A DNA stretch of 51,456 nucleotides. Source: Pseudomonadota bacterium. GTDB lineage: Bacteria; Pseudomonadota; Gammaproteobacteria; Pseudomonadales; Pseudohongiellaceae. The DNA lies in NCBI GenBank assembly GCA_051747985.1, contig JBNJGU010000001.1, positions 1-51,456 on the forward strand. Direction: 5' to 3'. The number at the start of each line of letters is the position of its first letter. Position 1 is the first letter of the stretch. The position numbers and the translations under genes are program-made. Positions 47,125 through 51,456 of this stretch are shown here, in pieces. The notes beneath the pieces were generated by a model. It did not search any database. It was not told the DNA's origin and saw only the letters and a list, made by a program, of their open reading frames with translations.

Positions 47125-47775
47125 ATGAATCCGTTATACCAGCATGTCGAGCGTGTGATGTCCAAACTTTCAGTGACCAGAAAGGCCTGTGCCCGAATAC
47201 CCACCGCCTGCGGCGACTTTCAGCTGTGTTACTACACCAATACGCTGGACAGCAAGGAGCACCTGGCCCTGTATATGGGTGATCCGGCCAGCGCTGATTC
47301 GGCGTTGGTGCGGGTCCATTCCGAATGCTTCACCGGAGACGTGCTGGGCTCGCGCCGCTGCGACTGCGGGGAGCAGCTGGACCAGTCCATGGCCATGGTG
47401 GCCAGGGCCGGGACCGGCGTCATCCTGTACATGCGCCAGGAAGGTCGCGGCATCGGGCTGCTGGAGAAACTGCGGGCGTACAATCTGCAGGACCAGGGGT
47501 TCGACACGGTGGATGCCAACCTGATGCTGGGGCACGAGGCGGACGGGCGGGACTATTCGCTGGCAGCCCTGATGCTGCGCGACCTGGGGGTCGACTCGGT
47601 CCGCCTCATCACCAACAACCCCGCCAAGATCAGCGCTCTGGTCGCGGCCGGTATCGATGTCTCGGAGCGGGTGTCACTGGAAGTGGCGGCCAATACGGAC
47701 AATGCCGATTACCTGATGACCAAGGCACAGCGTATGGATCATCTGTTGCAATGCAAACCCGCCAGCACCCAGTGA
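47125..47775 (+). CDS. ribA: GTP cyclohydrolase II
   Basis: [33 protein letters not shown] (three zinc Cys), [19 protein letters not shown] and [14 protein letters not shown] are all present. An alternative start is ATG 47158 (MSKLSV...). It may be a pathway-specific paralog rather than the housekeeping ribA. Confidence 0.9.
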   Translation: MNPLYQHVERVMSKLSVTRKACARIPTACGDFQLCYYTNTLDSKEHLALYMGDPASADSALVRVHSECFTGDVLGSRRCDCGEQLDQSMAMVARAGTGVILYMRQEGRGIGLLEKLRAYNLQDQGFDTVDANLMLGHEADGRDYSLAALMLRDLGVDSVRLITNNPAKISALVAAGIDVSERVSLEVAANTDNADYLMTKAQRMDHLLQCKPASTQ

Positions 47776-47779
47776 TGCC

Positions 47780-48511
47780 ATGAATCTCAATCAACGCATC
47801 GAGCAATGGCTGGTCGGCGCGCAACGGGATTTTCATGAGCAGGCTGCTGGCACGAACGGCGATCGTCGCCCTCATGTAACGCTCTGCTACGCGCAGAGCT
47901 GGGATGGCAGTATCACCACGGACCCCGGCGTGACACTGGCGCTCAGCAGCGATGCGGGCATGCGGATGACGCATCAGCTGCGCAGCCTGCATGATGGCAT
48001 CCTGGTCGGCATCGGGACGGTGCTGGCCGATGACCCCCGTCTGACCGTGCGCGAATGGACCGGTAATGATCCGCAGCCGATCGTTGTGGACAGTCAGTTG
48101 CGCATGCCTCCGTCCTGTTACCTCTGCCGGAATGGCGAGCGGCGCTGCTGGGTGCTGACCACACCCGAAGCGGCCACCGAACGTGATGACTGTGAGCTGA
48201 TTACGGTACCCGGCAACGCCGCCGGCCATGTGGACCTGCAATCGGCGCTGGAGATCCTGTATGAACGCGGTATCCGCAGCCTGATGGTGGAAGGCGGCGC
48301 CGCCGTGATCACGGCGTTCCTGCGGGCCCGTCTGGCCGATGCCACCGTGCTCACCGTGGCACCGGTATTGATCGGGGGCTACAATGCCATCGGCAGACTG
48401 GGCGATCAGGACAGGGCCTCCTTTCCGCATATTGCGCCACTGCACAGTCAGCAACTGGAGAATGAACTGATCGTATGGGGAACACTCCACTACAGAGGCG
48501 AGAGCGGGTGA
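47780..48511 (+). CDS. RibD C-terminal-domain reductase (diaminohydroxyphosphoribosylaminopyrimidine reductase-like), no deaminase domain
   Basis: 243 aa. RPHVTLCYAQSWDGSIT, LRSLHDGILVGIGTVLADDPRLTVR and SLMVEGGAAV match the DHFR-like RibD-C/Rib7/ArfC fold. No CDA-type zinc motif is present. Confidence 0.8.
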   Translation: MNLNQRIEQWLVGAQRDFHEQAAGTNGDRRPHVTLCYAQSWDGSITTDPGVTLALSSDAGMRMTHQLRSLHDGILVGIGTVLADDPRLTVREWTGNDPQPIVVDSQLRMPPSCYLCRNGERRCWVLTTPEAATERDDCELITVPGNAAGHVDLQSALEILYERGIRSLMVEGGAAVITAFLRARLADATVLTVAPVLIGGYNAIGRLGDQDRASFPHIAPLHSQQLENELIVWGTLHYRGESG

Positions 48512-49530
48512 GCGACGATACCGGAAGCACCAGCGCCTCACAGCTGTGGTTCACCGAGCCGCTGCATGTCGAGGTGCGGGAGGCAACGCTGCCCGCACCG
48601 GCGCCGGATCAGGTCCTGGTCAGGACGCGATATTCGGCGGTGAGCGCCGGCACCGAATTGCTGGCATACCGGGGACAACTGCCCCCATCCATGGCACTGG
48701 ACAGCGCGCTGGATTCACTGGGAGAGTCTTCCGACTATCCCCTGCAATACGGCTATGCCTGTGTCGGTGAAGTGCGGCAGAGTGGCAGCGCAGTCGACCC
48801 GGCCTGGAAAGGGCGTCAGGTGTTTTCCTTTCAGCCCCATGCCAGTCATTTTCTGGCCCGTCCCGAAGAGCTGAAACCCGTGCCCGACGACCTGCCTGCT
48901 CGGGTCGCCGTGTTCCTGCCCAATATGGAAACCGCGGTAAACCTGGTGCACGACGGCCGCCCGCTGGCCGGTGAGCGGGTCGTGGTGCTGGGCCAGGGCA
49001 TCGTCGGGCTGTTGTTGACCGCGCTGCTGGCGCGCCACCCGCTCCATTCACTGGTGGCCATCGAGGGCCGGCCGGAGAGGCAGGAGCTGGCGCTCCGCCT
49101 GGGCGCCGACACCGTGCTCAGTCCGGAGGAGGCGGTCGGGCAGTCGGTTGCCGCCGACGCCGACCTGCTCTACGAAGTCAGTGGTCAGCCGGAGGCACTC
49201 AACCTGGCGATCGGACTGAGTGGCTACGCCAGTCGTATCGTCATCGGTAGCTGGTATGGCAGCAAGTCCGTGCCGATCGAACTGGGTGGATCGGCGCATC
49301 GCAATCGACTGCAGCTGATCACCAGTCAGGTCAGCAGCGTGGCGCCCGAGCTGGGAGGTCGCTGGGACAAGCAACGCCGTTTCGAACTGGTCTGGGACCT
49401 GCTTCGCCAGCTCGACCCGACACCACTGATCACGCACACTCTGCCGCTGCGGGAGGCCGGAAAGTTGTACCAGCAACTGCATGAAGCGCGGTCCGGCATC
49501 GTGCAGCCTTTATTCCATTACCCCGATTGA
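48508..49530 (+). CDS. Medium-chain (zinc-type) dehydrogenase/reductase family protein
   Basis: GTG 48508 overlaps the preceding stop (GTGA). GroES-like N-domain (VLVRTRYSAVSAGTEL) and Rossmann motif VVVLGQGIVGLL. Confidence 0.8.
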   Translation: MSDDTGSTSASQLWFTEPLHVEVREATLPAPAPDQVLVRTRYSAVSAGTELLAYRGQLPPSMALDSALDSLGESSDYPLQYGYACVGEVRQSGSAVDPAWKGRQVFSFQPHASHFLARPEELKPVPDDLPARVAVFLPNMETAVNLVHDGRPLAGERVVVLGQGIVGLLLTALLARHPLHSLVAIEGRPERQELALRLGADTVLSPEEAVGQSVAADADLLYEVSGQPEALNLAIGLSGYASRIVIGSWYGSKSVPIELGGSAHRNRLQLITSQVSSVAPELGGRWDKQRRFELVWDLLRQLDPTPLITHTLPLREAGKLYQQLHEARSGIVQPLFHYPD

Positions 49531-49540
49531 CAGGAAGCCT

Positions 49541-49927
49541 ATGTATACCGTTGCCGTCACCCGTGACTTCATTGCCAACCATTACCTGATCGGAGGGGAC
49601 TGGGGAGACGAGAACCACCCCCATGCCCATCATTACGTCGCCGAAGTGCGTATCGAGAGCGATACGCTGAACGAACACGGTTACCTGGTCGATATTGTGG
49701 AGATCGAGGCGGCGCTGAATGAGGTCACCGGATATTTCCGCGACAGCATGCTCAATGACAAGCCTGAATTCGCCGGACTCAATCCGAGCCTGGAGCATTT
49801 CAGCCGCATTCTGAGCGAGAAACTGCTGGCGGGCATCACGCCACCCGGCAGCGGCGCGCTGACCGTGAAACTGTGGGAGAACGACACCTGCTGGGCGGCG
49901 TTCCGGCAGCCGTTTGATCCGGAGTGA
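49541..49927 (+). CDS. 6-pyruvoyl-tetrahydropterin synthase / QueD-family (COG0720) protein, divergent active site
   Basis: Start at ATG 49541 (MYTVAV...). ANH...HPHAHHY aligns with the QueD AAH...CGRLHGHSF region, so the three zinc His are kept and Cys is replaced by Glu. GYLVDIVEIE and MLND blocks are conserved. Confidence 0.8.
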   Translation: MYTVAVTRDFIANHYLIGGDWGDENHPHAHHYVAEVRIESDTLNEHGYLVDIVEIEAALNEVTGYFRDSMLNDKPEFAGLNPSLEHFSRILSEKLLAGITPPGSGALTVKLWENDTCWAAFRQPFDPE

Positions 49928-49949
49928 GTTCAACGGAGTCCGCGGACCT

Positions 49950-50807
49950 TCAGTCCGGGTTCTCTGATTCCAGTCGGGCCGCAATACGTTCTGCCTCTTC
50001 CTCCTTCGCGGCCTCGATGACCGCCATCAGGTCCACAAGATCGGCACTGGCGGTGGGATGTTCGTAGCGCCCGGTCAGGGTGCTGTCCGGTTGCAGTTCG
50101 CCGCTCTCGTACAACGACCAGATTTCCCTGGCGTAATCGGTCTCCAGCAGTTTCGGGTCGAAGCGGGCAAACCAGCGACGCATGTTGTCGACATCCCGCT
50201 CCAGCATCCTTCCGGCGCTGTTGTTGCCGGCCGCATTGACCGCCTGCGGCAGGTCGATGATGACCGGTCCTTCAGGATCCACCAGTACATTGAACGGTGA
50301 CAGGTCGCCGTGGACCAGCCCCGCGCACAGCATGCGCACGATCTCGGTGATGATGCGTCCGTGATAGTCCCGGGCGCGCTCGGGGTCCAGCGCGATCTGT
50401 CCCAATTGCGGCGCCACATCACCCTGCTCATCAGTGATCAGTTCCATCAGCAGAACGCCGTCCACGAAAGACAGCGGCTCGGGCACCCGTACTCCGGCCG
50501 CGGCGAGCAGGCGCAGTGCCTCGACTTCAGCGTTGAGCCAGGCCTGCTCCTGTTCCTTCTGCCCATAGCGGGTCTTGCGGTTCATGGCCCGGTTGCGACG
50601 GGTGTTGCGACCGCCACGGCCTTCCTGGTATTGCACGGCCTGCTTGAAACTGCGCTGCGAGCTCTCCTTGAAGACCTTGGCGCAGCGCCGCTCATCGCCG
50701 CAGCGCACGATATAGACCTGGGCCTCCTTGCCGCTCATCAGGTGACCGATGACCTCGTCGATCAGACCATCATCAATGAGGGGTTGCAGGCGTTTGGGCA
50801 CTTTCAT
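49950..50807 (-). CDS. RIO-type (RIO1-like) atypical serine protein kinase
   Basis: Start at ATG 50807 (MKVPKRLQPL...). SGKEAQVY, CAKVFK (Lys), RLLAAAGVRVPEP, LVHGDLSPFNVLV (catalytic loop) and IIDLPQAV (metal-binding D) are hallmarks of RIO kinases. Confidence 0.8.
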   Translation of the reverse strand: MKVPKRLQPLIDDGLIDEVIGHLMSGKEAQVYIVRCGDERRCAKVFKESSQRSFKQAVQYQEGRGGRNTRRNRAMNRKTRYGQKEQEQAWLNAEVEALRLLAAAGVRVPEPLSFVDGVLLMELITDEQGDVAPQLGQIALDPERARDYHGRIITEIVRMLCAGLVHGDLSPFNVLVDPEGPVIIDLPQAVNAAGNNSAGRMLERDVDNMRRWFARFDPKLLETDYAREIWSLYESGELQPDSTLTGRYEHPTASADLVDLMAVIEAAKEEEAERIAARLESENPD

Positions 50808-50991
50808 GAACAGCGGGTCTCTGGTGGTTGGATGTCCCGCGATTCTCTCATTGTGACGCCTGTTTCGCCAGTTCTCACGGGTAGCGCTCCAGGGTTTTTT
50901 ATATGTCTGTATGTGCGATGGCGCACACGCGGAGAGCCCATCCGCGCGTAGACTGTCTGCATGCAGATGCGCAATTGAGGATTCCGGCACC

Positions 50992-51456
50992 ATGAAAACA
51001 ATACAGGCTTCCTGTCCCGATACGGTTCAGCAGCCGGAACAGAACCACCTGTTGGGCTCATTGGGTGCGGAGAGCATGGCCCGCCTGCGTGGTCATCTGA
51101 AGCTCATCCATCTGCCGTTGGGAAAAGTGATCTACGAGCCGGGCGTGAAAATGCAACATGTGTATTTCCCGACCGATTCCATCATTTCGTTGCTGTACGT
51201 CATGCACGACGGCGCGTCCGCCGAGATTTCCGTGGTCGGTAATGAGGGCGTGCTAGGAGTGTCCGTGTTCATGGGGGGCGAAAGCACGCCAAGCCGGGCC
51301 GTGGTGCAAAGCGCGGGAGAGGCGTACAGCCTGCCGCGCCAGATACTCAAGACCGAGTTCAACCGCCACGGTGAACTGATGGAATTGATGTTGCATTACA
51401 CCCAGGCGTTGATCACCCAGATGGCACAGACTGCTGTCTGCAACCGACATCACAGT
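50992..51456 (+). CDS. Crp/Fnr-family transcriptional regulator (3' end outside the window)
   Basis: Not in the track because no stop falls inside the window. ATG 50992 is in frame to the last base. Product MKTIQASCPDTVQQPEQNHLLGSLGAESMARLRGHLKLIHLPLGKVIYEPGVKMQHVYFPTDSIISLLYVMHDGASAEISVVGNEGVLGVSVFMGG... shows the cNMP-binding beta-roll pattern. Confidence 0.75.
   Translation, partial: MKTIQASCPDTVQQPEQNHLLGSLGAESMARLRGHLKLIHLPLGKVIYEPGVKMQHVYFPTDSIISLLYVMHDGASAEISVVGNEGVLGVSVFMGGESTPSRAVVQSAGEAYSLPRQILKTEFNRHGELMELMLHYTQALITQMAQTAVCNRHHS

Overview
High-GC chromosomal segment from a proteobacterium, most likely a gammaproteobacterium. The LPS-core gene set and its neighbours resemble the Pseudomonas-type arrangement. 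I call 47 protein-coding genes (two run off the window edges) and one tRNA-Arg(CCG). I saw no rRNA, CRISPR array, transposase, integrase or phage genes.

Layout:
- 0-5.3 kb: LPS/lipid A genes (carbamoyltransferase, GT-C-like membrane protein, lpxL, hldE).
- 5.3-19.7 kb: housekeeping genes (two TonB-dependent receptors, nnrU, tal, wrbA, sppA, aldo-keto reductase/FAD oxidoreductase pair, waaA, tRNA-Arg).
- 19.8-23.4 kb: a more AT-rich accessory patch (TVP38 protein, alpha/beta-hydrolase with an unknown C-terminal domain, DUF3883 nuclease-like protein, PilZ-like protein).
- 23.7-31.8 kb: a block of signal-peptide-bearing hydrolases (M14 carboxypeptidase, esterase, three amidohydrolase-fold proteins, one of which has lost its metal ligands).
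- 32-35.5 kb: ClC channel and two secreted proteins of unknown function.
- 35.6-47 kb: envelope-glycan genes (translationally coupled GT2/GT-C/DUF354 operon, serine hydrolase, LtaS-like transferase, FkbM methyltransferase, GT4, SAM methyltransferase).
- 47.1-49.9 kb: a compact GTP cyclohydrolase II / RibD-C reductase / MDR dehydrogenase / PTPS-like operon.
- 49.9-51.5 kb: a bacterial RIO-type kinase and a Crp/Fnr regulator.

Most interesting observations:
1. A 58-aa ORF, too short for the supplied track, encodes a double-glycine-leader microcin/bacteriocin-like peptide. A 3-TM immunity-like gene follows it, and no exporter is present in the window.
2. A divergent six-gene cluster appears to start from GTP via the riboflavin-type route. 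It lacks the deaminase and carries a PTPS-like enzyme, a dehydrogenase, a glycosyltransferase and a methyltransferase. It looks like an uncharacterised pteridine/pyrimidine-glycoside pathway.
3. A three-gene polyprenol-phosphate-type glycosylation module with a DUF354 partner.
4. A hydrolase plus DUF3883 pair in a compositionally atypical patch.

All functional calls come from motif recognition by eye. No database search was run.
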